Source: Hemiscyllium ocellatum (Eukaryota). Taken from it: a stretch of 64,000 nucleotides of DNA. A program made the translations under genes and the position numbers. The notes below the pieces were generated by a model. It saw only the letters and a program-made list of their open reading frames with translations, had not been told where the DNA came from and made no database searches. Every line of letters begins with the position of its first letter. Position 1 is the stretch's first letter. Below, piece after piece: positions 52,216 through 64,000 of this stretch. Where the stretch lies: contig NW_026869034.1 of NCBI RefSeq assembly GCF_020745735.1, positions 62,001 through 126,000 of the forward strand. Reading direction: 5' to 3'.

Positions 52216-52639
52216 TACTCTCACTGGGTAGTAATGTTGAATACAGGGACCAGGGGGTTCAGATACATAAATTCTTGAAAACATTGCCTCAAGTAGACAG
52301 TGTGTTGAAGGTTTGGCACATGCTCCTTCATTGGTCAGAGCATTGAGTGCAGGAGTTGAATCTTCTTTCTGTAACTGTACCAGACATTGGAATGAAATGC
52401 CGGAGGAAGTGGTAAATGCAGAGACAGGTACAACACTTACAAGACATTTGCACAGGTATAGGAATTGGATAGGTTCTGATGGATGTGTGCTAATAGCAGA
52501 CAAATGGAATTAGTTTAATTTGAAAACTCTGGTCAGCATGGACAAACTGTACTCTGACCAATAAAGGAAAGCATAACAAAGGAAATGTTCTGTGCTATGT
52601 GGCTTTATGACTCTATGGCTTCATTGTGCAGTTTGCTCA

Positions 52640-52908
52640 ACGTTGGTAAGCAAGTGAGGGGATAGATTGGGAGTATGAGATTGTTTGAGTTAGTAGGCTT
52701 TGGCTGGCCATTTACCAGTACGGAAAATTTAGCATTGCCAATTCACCTATCTGCATATTATTGGATTGGGGGAGGAAACCGGAAGAAACCCACGCAAACA
52801 CGGGCAGAATGTGCAAACACCACACAGAGTCGCCTGAGGTGGGAATTGAACCCGGGTCTCTGACGCTGCGAGGCAGCAGTGCTAACCACTATGCCACCGT
52901 GCTGCCCA
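52640..52908 (-). mobile_element. tRNA-derived SINE
   Basis: Reverse complement head gggcagcacggtggcatagtggttagcactgctgcctcgcagcgtcagagacccgggttc. Confidence 0.85.
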
Positions 52909-53334
52909 CAGTTTCGTCAAATTGTGCTTGGTAAATGAGGGACCGTTTGAGTTGAAATACAGGAGGTCTATCTTTGCCAAGCTTGTTAGCGGAGAGATCA
53001 GCAGAGTGCCACGCTGCTGATTGGAGAGATGTGCAGGATGCCAGGCTCTTTCGAGAGCAGAAGGTCACTGTAATGCAGTGGCAGGTGGACTTGATGTCAA
53101 AATGCAAAGCTCAGAGTCTGGAGAAATGGAATGAGGTAAAGGACAAATGCGAAAGGAGCTAGGATGCAGTGTGCACACGTTGACTTGGATAAGATGAGAG
53201 ATCAGTGACCAAGGGCTGAGGTCATGCCTGGGTAGTGGGGTTCTGACAGAGGTTGTAAAAATGAGGGTGCCATGTCCAGTCAGGGCCAAATTCAACATGG
53301 ACAGACGCAGGGTGGCAGCAGTGGAATTACAGGG

Positions 53335-54310
53335 TCATATAGATGTACAGCATGGAAACAGACCCTTCGCGCCACCAAACCATGCCGACCAGATATCCCA
53401 ACCCAATCTAGTCCCACCTGCCAGCACCCGACCCATATTCCTCCAAACCCTTCCTATTCATACACCCATTAAAATTTCTCTTAAATGTTGAAATTGTAAC
53501 TGCCTCCACAAATTCCTCTGGCAGCTAATTCCATTCATGGATCACTCTTTCCATGAAAAAATCCCCCCTTAGGTCTCTTTTACATCTTAGCCCTCTCACG
53601 TTAAACCTATGCACTCTTGTTCTGGATTCCCTGAAACAAAGGAAAAGACTTTGTCTATTTATCCTATCCATGCCCCTCATAATTATATAAACCTCTGGGA
53701 TTGACATTATGTATCAATCTAGAATGTAGAACATGGAACATTAGACTGCAGTACAGTCCCTTCAAGCGTCTATTTCATGCCAACCTGTGAAACCAATCTG
53801 AAACCTTTTATCCTCCACTATTTCATTTTCACCCATATGTTCATCCAATGACATTTCACATGTCCTCAAATTTCACACATATACTATTGTTGAGACAGTG
53901 CCGTCCACACCCTTACTACTCTCTGATTAAAGAAACTACTTCTGACACCTGTCCTCTACCTATCAGCCTTCAATTTAGGGCTATGTCCCCTCCTGCTAGC
54001 CATCATCATCCAAGGAAAAATACTCTCTCTGCTTACCCTATCTAACCCTCTGATTATCGTATATCTCTCAATTAAGTTACCTCTCAAACTTCTCCACTCA
54101 AACAAAAACAGCCTCAAGAACCTCATGCTTTCCTCATAAAACCTTCCCGCCACAGGAGGCAACATCATGCTTTTGAAACACAGTCCCTCTACTAATGAAA
54201 GCCAACTCAATGTATGCCTTCTTAGCAATCCTATCAACCTGACTGGCTCTATATACATGGACACCGAGGTCTCTCTGCTCATCGACATGACCGATATGGA
54301 TTGTCTTGGA
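53335..54310 (-). mobile_element. Two adjacent CR1 3' fragments
   Basis: GMDRINRQSLF...RDLRGDFFMERVIHEWN (53335-53700) and EWRSLRGNLIE...GHSPKL (53730-54310). Confidence 0.8.
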
Positions 54311-54869
54311 TGTGTTTCTTGTGATAGGGGTGGTGTATTCCGGGGATGAATGGGTGAGTAACCGGAAGGATTTGGCAATGTGAGTGGAAATTTAGGTCTA
54401 GACAGCGAGGGAGAGCAGGGCTCAGTCTGAGACATGATGGTTTTGGTGGTGAACTGCGTGTCAGTTTGAAATGTATTAAAGTTAAAGAGTACTTGTTAAT
54501 TTTTCAAATCATATTTACGTAAATAGTCAACTCAGTTAGTTGTAACCCTTCAAAGCCTTTGAACCCTAATGCTCTTCCATTTTTCAGAGTCCTCCAGAAT
54601 TCAGATAATTTTAAATTAGAAGTTTCAACTTTCAGACAATTGACATGAGTCCAGCTATGATAGACTTCCTCCAAGTCCCAGTGCTCAGCTCCTGCCCATG
54701 CTGCTGCTGCAGTGACCATCTTTCCTGAGAGAACATTCTGCCTTGATAAATGAGAAAGAGTCACTGGACCTGAACTGTTCACTCTGATTTCTTTCTAGAA
54801 ATACTGCCAGCTGTTGGGTTTTTCCAGCAATATCTGATTTCGTTTCTGATTTCATGCAGCACGGTACCT

Positions 54870-55225
54870 AGTCGAGTGGCACACTGTTTCCGTGGTTAGC
54901 ATTGCTACAACAAAGCACTTAGGACTCGGGTTCTATTCCATCCTCGGGTGACTGTCTGTGTGGAGTTTTCACATTCTCTCTGTGGCTGTGTGGGTTTGTT
55001 CGAAAGGTCTATAGATGTGCAAGCTGGGTAAATTAGCCATGCTGTGTTCAGGGAGAAAGTGAGGTCCGCAGTTTCAGCATTCTGTGTTCAGGGATTGGCA
55101 TGTTAGGTCCATTAGTCAGAGTTAAATGTAGAGTATTAGGGTAGAGCAATGAGCCTGGATGGTTACTTTTCAGAGTGTTGGTGTGGATATGTTGGGCCAA
55201 ATGGCCTGTTTGCACACACTGTAGA
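54870..55225 (+). mobile_element. Degenerate tRNA-derived SINE (shared by both arms)
   Basis: gtggttagcattgct...ctcgggtgactgtctgtgtggagtt body. Confidence 0.7.
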
Positions 55226-55576
55226 ATTTTGATGAATGCGCATTTCCTTGGTTTGTATTTTGTAAAACCTCTCTGCTCTTCACTTGCAACCCAGTGAAAG
55301 TGTCAGTTGGTAAGATTTTAAAACAGTTACTGGGGTGGGATCAGCATGTTCTTCTTCCTAAATTATATGGTAATGGTAAAGATAGAGGGCATGTTTATGA
55401 AGAGGAAACATATAGATCATGATCAACATCTGTTAAGAAGTAAAAATAAACTCCAGTTATACTGTGGACTTCAGCAGGAGGATGCTGGAAAACGTTTACA
55501 AATGAAGATGCATTTGAGTAACTGATATGGACAAATTAACAGAAACTAATGTGCTCAATTGATCTTTCTATCGTAG

Positions 55577-55882
55577 AGACACCGTCTCCCCCCACGCTTT
55601 ATGGCCTGGTCTCCTCCTGTGAGGACCACAACACCGGTTCTCCGATCTTTGGTTGTTTGGCAATGGACTATTACCCTGATGTAACCAAGGTAACCTGGAA
55701 GAAAGGTGGGGAGTTAATCACGACTGGATTGAAGACTTACCGATCAGTAAGAAACAAGAGTGGAACCTATACCCAGAGCAGCCAGTTAACCCTGCCCGGG
55801 TCAGCAGTAGATTGCCCCACCAAAATCTACTGTGAGGTTCAACACAACGGGTCACACAAGAGCAAAGAAATGCCATGTCCAG
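55577..55882 (+). CDS. IGHM: IgM Cmu1 exon, intact (306 nt, phase 1/1)
   Basis: [15 protein letters not shown]...[19 protein letters not shown]...KIYCEVQH...EMPCP, recognisable as shark Cmu1. Both domain Cys, the Trp and the splice sites are intact. Confidence 0.96.
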
Positions 55883-56169
55883 GTAAGTGTTGTGGGAACT
55901 GAGATCAACAGAACATCTGTGATTAACATGAATGAGGCATTATTGATAACCATTCTCACAGAAGCATTTTATACAGCACAGGAAAAGGCCCGTTGGTCCA
56001 TCCAATCCACACCTAAAAATAACAGCCACCTAACTGTGCCAGTTTCATGTGCCAGCACTTGATCCGTTGCCTTGTGTGACATGCCTTTGCAAGTATGGAT
56101 CTAAATATTTCATACATATTATGAGGGGCTCAATCTCTACATAACTTGTCAGCACTGAGCTCCAGACTC

Positions 56170-58870
56170 ACATCACCCTCTGTTTGAGATTGTTTTGACT
56201 TGAGATCCATCCTAAAACTCCTGGCCTTGCCTTCACCCTGTGCCCCTGAGGCATTGATCTCTCCCTCAAGGGGATTGTTTTTGTCCAGTTCAGCCTGCCT
56301 GGAATTATTTGAGGTATAGACATCGCAATCATCTTCTCCTTAATTCTCCTCTGCTGCAAGGATATCCCCCGTCTGTCTAATCTTTTCATAAATAAAATAC
56401 TTCAACCCAGGCAAAATCCTTGCAAAGCTCATTAATGCTGCTTTCAGCGTAATCAAATTCTGTCGATAGCATGCACACAGCACTTCAGTATGGCCTAATC
56501 AATGTGTTATTAAGTTCCAGCATCATCTCCCTACTCTTCATTGTCAATGTCTCGCCTAAAATGAACAAATATCCTCCCGAACTTCCTCGCCTCTTTATCC
56601 ATATGACGCATTAATATAGGGGATCAGTGGGTGCGAACACCAATGGCCCTCAGCTATTTCCAGGTTTCCACCATTCAAAACGTAATACCTCGCAGTTTCT
56701 TCTGCCGCAGTGCAATACTTTACTCTTATCTAGAATGATTTCCATTTGCAACTTCTCTTCACATATAATCAATCCTTGTATGACGTCCTGCGCTCTAAAA
56801 CTATCATGCTCATGACTTACCAACATGACAATTTTCCTTTCATCTCCGAAGTTGCTGATTAACCTTCCTACATTCCATTCTCAATCATTGGTATATAAGA
56901 GAAACAGCAAGGAAATCAGCACTGATCCCTGCAGAACATCATGAGACATAGATTTACAGTCACGCAGACACCTTATGACCATTATCCTCTGCTCCCGACC
57001 ACTCAGCCAATTCTCGATCCAATTTGGAAATTTAACTCTGATCCTATTGGCTCTGATTATTGCTGTCATTTGGTCATTGATTTATCTGTCTGAAAACTAC
57101 CACCAAATTGTTAAGATATGATTTTCTCTCAATAAAACCATGCTGGAAGTTGTTGATTGATCTTGCAAATGAAGACAAATTCTGCTCCTCAATAGTTCCA
57201 ATAGTTTCCCTACCACTGAGACTAGCTTGAAAGATCTGCATTTTCATTGTTTATCCCTTCCTTCCTCCTGCATAACAATGCAACGTTGACTGATCTGCAC
57301 TCACATGTCAGACAGTAATTCTAAACCATTGTCAGCGACACAACTATTGCATCCTTTGCATCACTCAACAGCTTGTTATATATTTCATCTGCCCTGGAAA
57401 TATAAGCACGTTTCATCCAGCAAGACAACAAAGAACATCACATCGTCTGACCGAACTTTTGAAAGTACATTACAACACTCCTCCATGATTTCTATCCCCA
57501 CATTGTTTCTCTTACTGTTGAAAACTGACACAGCACATTTGTTTCGACTGCAACGTAATCCTCTGGCTCATGCCAATAATATCATCTAATGGGTATTACT
57601 GTTCCCCAAATTATTCTTTTATGAATGAACCCATAACTTATTAAAATAGTTTTCTTTATTTTGACTGTTATTATTTTCTCATGGTCCCTTTTCCTCTCCT
57701 AATACATTTTTTTTCTTGCAAATACCCATTTGCACATTCTGTCCTTCATTCTAATTTCTATTGTTTTGAGATTTCAGTATAGAACGGAAGTCTCCCTTGT
57801 TTCTGTTCATCTCACCCGCTATGTCCTTTTACGTTCCAGGCTCGCTGCATTCTTGGTCCCACGCTGTGGATTCATGGGAAATGTTCTCCCTGCGCTTTTC
57901 CTATTTCTTTTATTTTAAATGTGCCACAATGCTCTGATTTAGATTTACCAGGAAGTTTCAGATTCCAGTCCACTCTGGTCAAACCATTACCTTATCTTAT
58001 TACCATTGTCCTTCCCCTTTCAGAACTTTGGACCCATTTCTATCCTTTTCCAGAACAATCTGGAATCCAACAGATTGAAGATCACCATCTGCAAAGAGCT
58101 CCACCATTGATTTTTACCTACTCGATCGATTTCAATCTCTAAAGTAAAGTCCAGGTTCACCCCTCTCTTGCAAATTCTGGATTAAAATGTTCTGTATTAA
58201 ACACTAACTTTGCGAAAATATTCTCCTGGGGGCATTTTCAAAATTCTGTTCCCTCTAAATTTTTGGCAAAATGAATATCCAAGCCTACGCTGAGGAAGAC
58301 AAAATCCTGTTTTCTCATTTAATTTACGTTTAAGATAATTTACGTTGCTCTGACATTTGCCCATGTATCTGCACTTCTCAGCCATTTGGACAAAACAGTA
58401 AGGTCTATCGTGCTCTGCCAGTGGTTATGTTTGCTGTATTCTGGTTTGGAAGTACTGTTTATTTGCCTTCGTTTCTCTTTCCAGTCTAAAATACTCTTGT
58501 CAGAATTACTACAGAACGGACATTTTCGACCACTCACCCACTCCCCCCATTTTTCCCATCATTCCCTGTCTCGCCTGAAGGCACTAAATTGTGGAATATT
58601 GAATAGTCACTTCTGCCCCTCTCTCAACATGTCACCATGAGAGCAATCGCATAATTTCCTCGTTTAAGCCATTAATTCATCCGCCTTGTTCATCAAACTC
58701 TTTCATTATAACGAATACCATCAAAAGTTTTTACGTCACTTCTGATTTGACCAGCCTATCATTTCTATGCCTCTTAGATTCCCTTGCAGAGTCCTCTAAT
58801 TTTAGCCCATCACATTGTCCTGCTGATCTTTCTGTGTGGATCTCAGCTTCTCTAACACTCTGCAAATTAT
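56170..58870 (-). mobile_element. Degenerate CR1-like LINE in the Cmu1-Cmu2 intron
   Basis: WIENWLSGREQRI...LQGSVLISLLFLLYTND and KRLDRRGISLQQRRIKEKM. Confidence 0.7.
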
Positions 58871-58907
58871 GATTCTGGTAATATCGAGGTTAGTATAATA
58901 TATAAGA

Positions 58908-60801
58908 TCTGTTTGCGGAGCTGGAAGTTTTTGTTGCGAACGTTTCGTCCCCTGGCTAGGAGACATCATCAGTGCTCTGGAGCCTCCTGTGAAGCGCTTC
59001 TTTGATGTTTCTTCCGGTATTTATAGTGGTCTGTCCTTGCCGCTTCCGGGTGTCAGTTTCAGCTGTCCGCTGTAGTGGTTGGTATATTGGGTCCAGGTCG
59101 ATGTGTTTGTTGATGGAGTTTATGGATGAATGCCATGCCTCTAGGAATTCCCTGGCTGTTCTCTGTCTGGCTTGCCCTATGATAGTAGTGTTTTCCCAGT
59201 AGAATTCATGTTGCTTGTTGTCTGAGTGTGTGGCTACTAGGGATAGCTGGTCGTGTCGTTTTGTGGCTAGCTGATGTTCATGGATGCGGGTTGTTAGCTG
59301 TCTTCATGTTTGTCCTATATAGTGTTTTGTGCAGTCCTTGCATGGTATTTTGTAAACTACATTAGTTTTGCTCATGTTGGGTATCGGGTCCTTTGTTCTA
59401 GTAAGTTGTTGTCTGAGCGTGGCTGTTGGTTTGTGTGCCGTTATGAGTCCTAAGGGTCGCAGTAGTCTGGCTGTCAGATATGAAACGCTTCTGATGTATG
59501 GTAGTGTGGCTAGTCCTTTTGATTGTGGCATGTCCTCGTTCCGTGGTCTATCTCTTAGGCATCTGTTGATAAAGTTGCGCCTCACTACACACTTCACAGT
59601 CAACAATCAGATATACGAACAAATCAACGGAACACCCATGGGATCACCAATCTCGGGACTCATAGCAAAGGCAGTTATTCAAAGGTTAGAACAAACAACC
59701 CTACCACAAATTCAACCCAAACTCTGGGTCAGATATGTCGATGACACTTTTGTAATCATCAAAAACACAGAAATAGAAAAAATACACCGGATCATCAACG
59801 CCACACTCACAGGAATCCGATTCACGAGAGAAGAAGAAAAGGATAGCCAACTCCCATTCGTGGACGTGTTAATACAGAGAACACTGAACGGAGAATTCAC
59901 CACAAGGGAACACAGGAAAACACCACACACAGACCAAGTCCTAAACTATGAAAGTAACCACCCCCATCACACACAAACGAAGCTGCATCAGGACACTATT
60001 CAAAAGAGCCACAACACACTGCAGTACACCAGAACTGCGAAAAGAGGAACACCTATAAAAGGTATTCGCCAAAAACGGATACCCGCGCAAATTTATCAAG
60101 ATGCCTAAGAGATAGACCACGAAACGAGGACATGTCACAACCAAAAGGACTAGCCACACGAGCATACATCAGGAGTGTTTCATATCTGACAGCCAGACTA
60201 CTGCGACCCTTAGGACTCATAACGGCACACAAATCAACAGCCATGCTCAGACAGCAACTTACTAGAACAAAGGACCCGATACCCAACATGAGCAAAACTA
60301 ATGTAGTTTACAAAATACCATGCAAGGACTGCACAAATCACTATATAGGACAAACAGGAAGATAGCTAACAATCCGCATACATGAACATCAGCTAGCCAA
60401 AAAACGACACGACCAGCAGTCCCTAGTAGCCACACACTCAGACAACACGCGACAAGAATTCGACTGGGAAAATACTACTATCATAGGGCAAGCCAGACAG
60501 AGAACAGCCAGGGAATTCCTAGAGGCATGGCATTCATCACAAACTCCATCAACAAACACATCGACCTGGATCCAATATACCAACCACTACAGCGGACAGC
60601 TGAAACTGACACCCGGAAGCGGCAAGGACAGACCACTATAAATACCGGAAGAAACATCAAAGAAGCGCTTCACAGGAGGCTCCAGAGCACTGATGATGTC
60701 TCCTAGCCAGGGGACGAAACGTTTGCAACAAAAACTTCCAGCTCCGCGAACAGAACCACAACAACGAGCACCCGAGCTACAAATCTTCGCACAAACTTTC
60801 A
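58908..60801 (+). mobile_element. Young Penelope-like element with inverted duplicated 3' end and 13-bp target-site duplication
   Basis: RT motifs GTPMGSPIS and WVRYVDDTF (59581-60080) and GIY-YIG VVYKIPCKDCTNHYIGQT. 58908-59580 is the reverse complement of 60085-60754. ATAATATATAAGA flanks both ends (58895-58907 and 60802-60814). Confidence 0.9.
60675..60745 (+). ncRNA. Minimal type I hammerhead ribozyme in the Penelope terminal repeat (inverted copy near 58935-58990)
   Basis: gca-CTGATGA-t-GTCTCC-tagcca-GGGGAC-GAAA-CG-TT-tgc: core boxes, a 6-bp stem II, palindromic stem III and a 3-bp stem I. Confidence 0.6.
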
Positions 60802-60872
60802 ATAATATATAAGAGCTGACTGCATTTGTTATTAAATTCGTCAGATAATTTATTCATATATATTTCCTTAAG

Positions 60873-61183
60873 GTCCAGATGTTTTCCCTCCAACTCTTCT
60901 CCTGACTGTGAGTCCCAATGAAGAAATCACAAGCAACAAGTATGCCACTCACGTCTGTTAATATTCGATTTCTATCCAAAGTCAACCTCAGTGATTTGGT
61001 TGAAAGATGGCCTACCTTTGGATTCTGGCTTCTTCACGTCTCCTGTGTGTGAGGCGAGCGGGAACTTTTCGGTGACGAGTCGCCTGATGATCCGTTATAG
61101 TGAATGGTTCGACAGCGCAGTCTATACCTTCCAGGTCACTCATGGAGAGAACACTCAAAGTAAAAATATCACCGCATTCCAGG
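60873..61183 (+). pseudogene. IGHM: IgM Cmu2 exon with 1-nt deletion and second Cys>Phe
   Basis: [19 protein letters not shown]...HVC then TAA at 60959-60961. The shifted frame continues [17 protein letters not shown]...[16 protein letters not shown]...AVYTFQV. Splice sites are intact. Confidence 0.93.
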
Positions 61184-61599
61184 GTAAGAGGCACATACTA
61201 AGAGGGTTACAAATCATTTTGAACTCGCCTATGAATCAAACACACAGTTTTATCAGGCTTAGTAAACAAATCTGTACAGCTTCTCATTTCCCAAAGTGTC
61301 ATGTGCCTCGTATTTCTGTTTGAGTGTCGCATTAGCATTGCTCATAATTCATTATTTTAGCTCATCAGAAAAGCATGTTTCCTCTTTGTTGAAGACGAGT
61401 AGACAGTGAACTTTGTTAAATAGTTTTTTTGGCTGACCATGCTGGGAGAGGCATTCAGAGTGCCGAGCCCTTGCCTGGTAGCGGCCAAAAGGATAATTTG
61501 TGGTCAGGGGTGTCTGAGAGGCATCTGATTGAAACCTGACAGTCCAAGTTAGAGTGAACGTGTAGTAGATGTTTTGACCAGTAGGCGATAGTAGGGTCC

Positions 61600-61860
61600 A
61601 CGGGCACAGTCTCAAAGTCGAAGGGAGCACCATTTGATACTAAGATGGGGAGGAATTTCCTCTTCCAGAGGGTGATTAATCTATGGAGCGAATTGCTGCA
61701 GAGTGCTGTGGAGCGCAGGCCATTGTCAGCCTTGAAACAGAGATGGATCAGCTCTTGCTTAGTACGGGGAGAAGGCGGGAGAATGGGGTTGAGAAACATA
61801 TCAGCCATAATTGAATGGTGGAGAAGACTTGATTGACCGAATAGTCTCATTGTGATCATC
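61600..61860 (+). mobile_element. CR1 3' fragment
   Basis: GHSLKVEG...GRNFLFQRVINLWSEL. Confidence 0.7.
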
Positions 61861-63100
61861 TATCTTATATTTTGTGGTCTCAAAGTGACATGGTAAAAAT
61901 ATGCAGTAAACCTTACTTGCAAACAAATGAAAACGTCAATACTTCATTCCATGCTCAAGAATGACGTATTGCCTTGTTCATTGTACGACACAGACTTTTA
62001 TTTTATATCTGGTACTAAGCTATTCGACTTCATTTATGGGATGTGACCACAGAACAAGTGGGTTTCACATTTGATTAACTAGGATAAACGCAATCTCACT
62101 GAACTTCTTACAGATGTTCTCTGTAATTAGCGAATGAGGCAGGAAAATAAATTCTGGTGGGAACGCTCAATAGGGATGAATGAACTAGGAATTAGAGCCA
62201 GGCTGATTCAGTCTGATTTGGCATGGAAATGTTTACATAATGAATATAAATCTGAATAAAACTAGTGCAAATTTCCATCGAGTTTGTAGATTAATTTAAG
62301 AAGTTTCTGCTTGTTTTTTTTTCAATGAATAAAGTAAAAAATGCAGCCTGGTAATTAAAGTGAATCTACAGACCTGTCATTAACTCTTTGAATGGAAGGA
62401 AAGACTTGAGGGGATGGGTGTTCTTCACGATGTCTGGTGCTGTACTCAGTGCCTTGTTTTCAGGTTAACTCCAAATTCAACCCACAAGGAATAATGACAT
62501 AAATTAGAGAATTGTCTCACACCAATATTGCCAAGTATTTTCAATCACGTTAAATATAATGATCAGAATTTCCATGGCCATTCACCGTTCCAGTAACACT
62601 TTAAAACCTCTGCAAATGCATGAAGACAAAGAGAATAATTATGTTGAAACACAATTTGTCCGAAATTCGATAACTGATTTGGCAATTAGTGTGACCAGCA
62701 GCATTTGCACGTAACGTTCATGGACATAGAAATGAACTCATTACATACAGATTACTCTTGTCCCAAGTATCAATAGATGGTGTTAAGTAAGAGACCAACT
62801 CTGAAAGAAAGATAACTCCGGGAATTACATTATGGTATCTTCGATGATTTTACTTTTTTCTCAGGTTTCACTTTTTACAAAGCCAGTGTTCTTTAGGAAT
62901 TATTACACAGATTACGTTATAGGTAATCACGAATTCTTTCACAGATCAAAATATATGAACAATAGTAAGTATCGTTTCAGCAAGAGTTAGAAGTTGCCAT
63001 TTCGAAGGTGGTTACTTCACCTTGTGACGACATAACCTGAAGAGTGGGTGTACTGAATCTGAAGAGGCATTTTACATTGACTTTGATTGCTGTTTCATAG

Positions 63101-63409
63101 GAGATACTGTGCGCCACGATTACACAGTTAAAATCCTCCCGCCACCAGTAGAACAGATCTTGCTGGAGGCGACGGTGACTTTAAGCTGCCTTGTGTCCAA
63201 TCTTCCTTCTGGAGTCAACGTCACCAGGATACAAGAAAAGAAGCCTCTGAAATTAGAAATTGCTGACCAGTCTGGACAGAATCCTGGCAGTGCGATTAGC
63301 AAATTAGAAATTTCGACTGAAGCCTGGCTGAGTGGCATTACTTTTGAATGTGTGGTGTACCATCAGAATCTACCAACTCCGTTGAGAGACTCCATCCACA
63401 AGAAGAAAG
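63101..63409 (+). CDS. IGHM: IgM Cmu3 exon, open frame (309 nt) but conserved Trp>Arg
   Basis: [42 protein letters not shown]...[25 protein letters not shown] splice sites are intact. Confidence 0.94.
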
Positions 63410-63866
63410 GTGAGCGGTGGGATTAAAGCACAAAGAATTCCGTGTGTAATTGAGATCCAGGCACATCAATGGTAAGCTTTGATTGGTAATGAGCAAACAC
63501 TGTTGGGAGCATAAATCATGCACTTGATAGCAGAAAAGCTAAGTATCTGATTAAGAAAGAGACAGACCAAAGGCTATTCTATTCCGATTAAATCAGATAA
63601 GGTGGGAAGGAACCTAGGTTGTTACGTCACCATCAGCGATGACACATGGACAGAATGTCCTTGTTGTGGGCTGGAAACATGGACACGACTTTCAAATTAA
63701 ACTTTTTACATCTTTTATTGAACATAATGTCTACCACTCTGCTCCTATTAGAAAATGAATGTGAATAAATCCCAAATTAAGAATGGCATATTTTAATATT
63801 TAGTGAAATCGTGATATTGATTTTGGTTTTTATAGTTGATTTATATTTGTCTCAAATATTTTGCAG

Positions 63867-64000
63867 TGATTAATGCACTGGAGCCATCAGTGTCTGTGCT
63901 CCTGCCACCAACAGAAGAAACCTCCGTTCAGAGGTTTCTCTCCCTCACCTGTTTAGTGAGGGGTTTCTTCCCCCGAGACATCTTCGTCAAGTGGACAAAC
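63867..64000 (+). CDS. IGHM: IgM Cmu4 exon, 5' part (runs off the window)
   Basis: Acceptor ttgcag at 63861-63866, then [44 protein letters not shown]. Confidence 0.94.

Larger units (their letters stand above)
38105..56130 (+). repeat. Right arm of inverted segmental duplication
   Basis: See the left arm. 38105-38350 matches the reverse complement of 29580-29810, and homology ends near ttatgaggggctca (about 56130 vs 14342). Confidence 0.9.

Noticed and set aside
42438-64000. IgW, IgNAR or TCR identity for the main clusters
   Set aside because: Leader, V (QPEAETG, GRFTASK), Cmu1 (YGLVSSC...MPCP), Cmu2 ([16 protein letters not shown]), Cmu3 (ILPPPVEQ) and Cmu4 ([13 protein letters not shown]) all match shark IgM as I recall it.

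Overview
Non-microbial DNA: an immunoglobulin heavy-chain region from a cartilaginous fish (shark-type), read by eye. It holds two IgM-type clusters in head-to-head inverted orientation. The right cluster (+ strand) has leader 42438, VH 42614, JH 43311, Cmu1 55577, Cmu2 60873, Cmu3 63101 and Cmu4 63867, which runs off the window end. Its VH is already fused in the genome to D-like sequence and is followed directly by a 12-bp-spacer RSS. This is a germline-joined VDD-J configuration. It is a pseudogene: nonsense codon in VH FR3, frameshift plus Cys loss in Cmu2, Trp loss in Cmu3. The left cluster (- strand; leader 25697, VH, JH 24711, Cmu1 14876) is a more decayed inverted paralogue with the same pre-joined layout. 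It stops about 240 bp after Cmu1. The paralogous arms are about 14340-29810 and 38105-56130, separated by an ~8 kb unique spacer. To the left of the truncated cluster is one fairly convincing V-gene relic with a 22-spacer RSS (6551-6750), plus several weaker V-like relics. The rest is CR1-type LINEs, tRNA-derived SINEs and Penelope-like elements, some with hammerhead ribozyme cores. Repeat boundaries and identities are approximate because no alignments were run.
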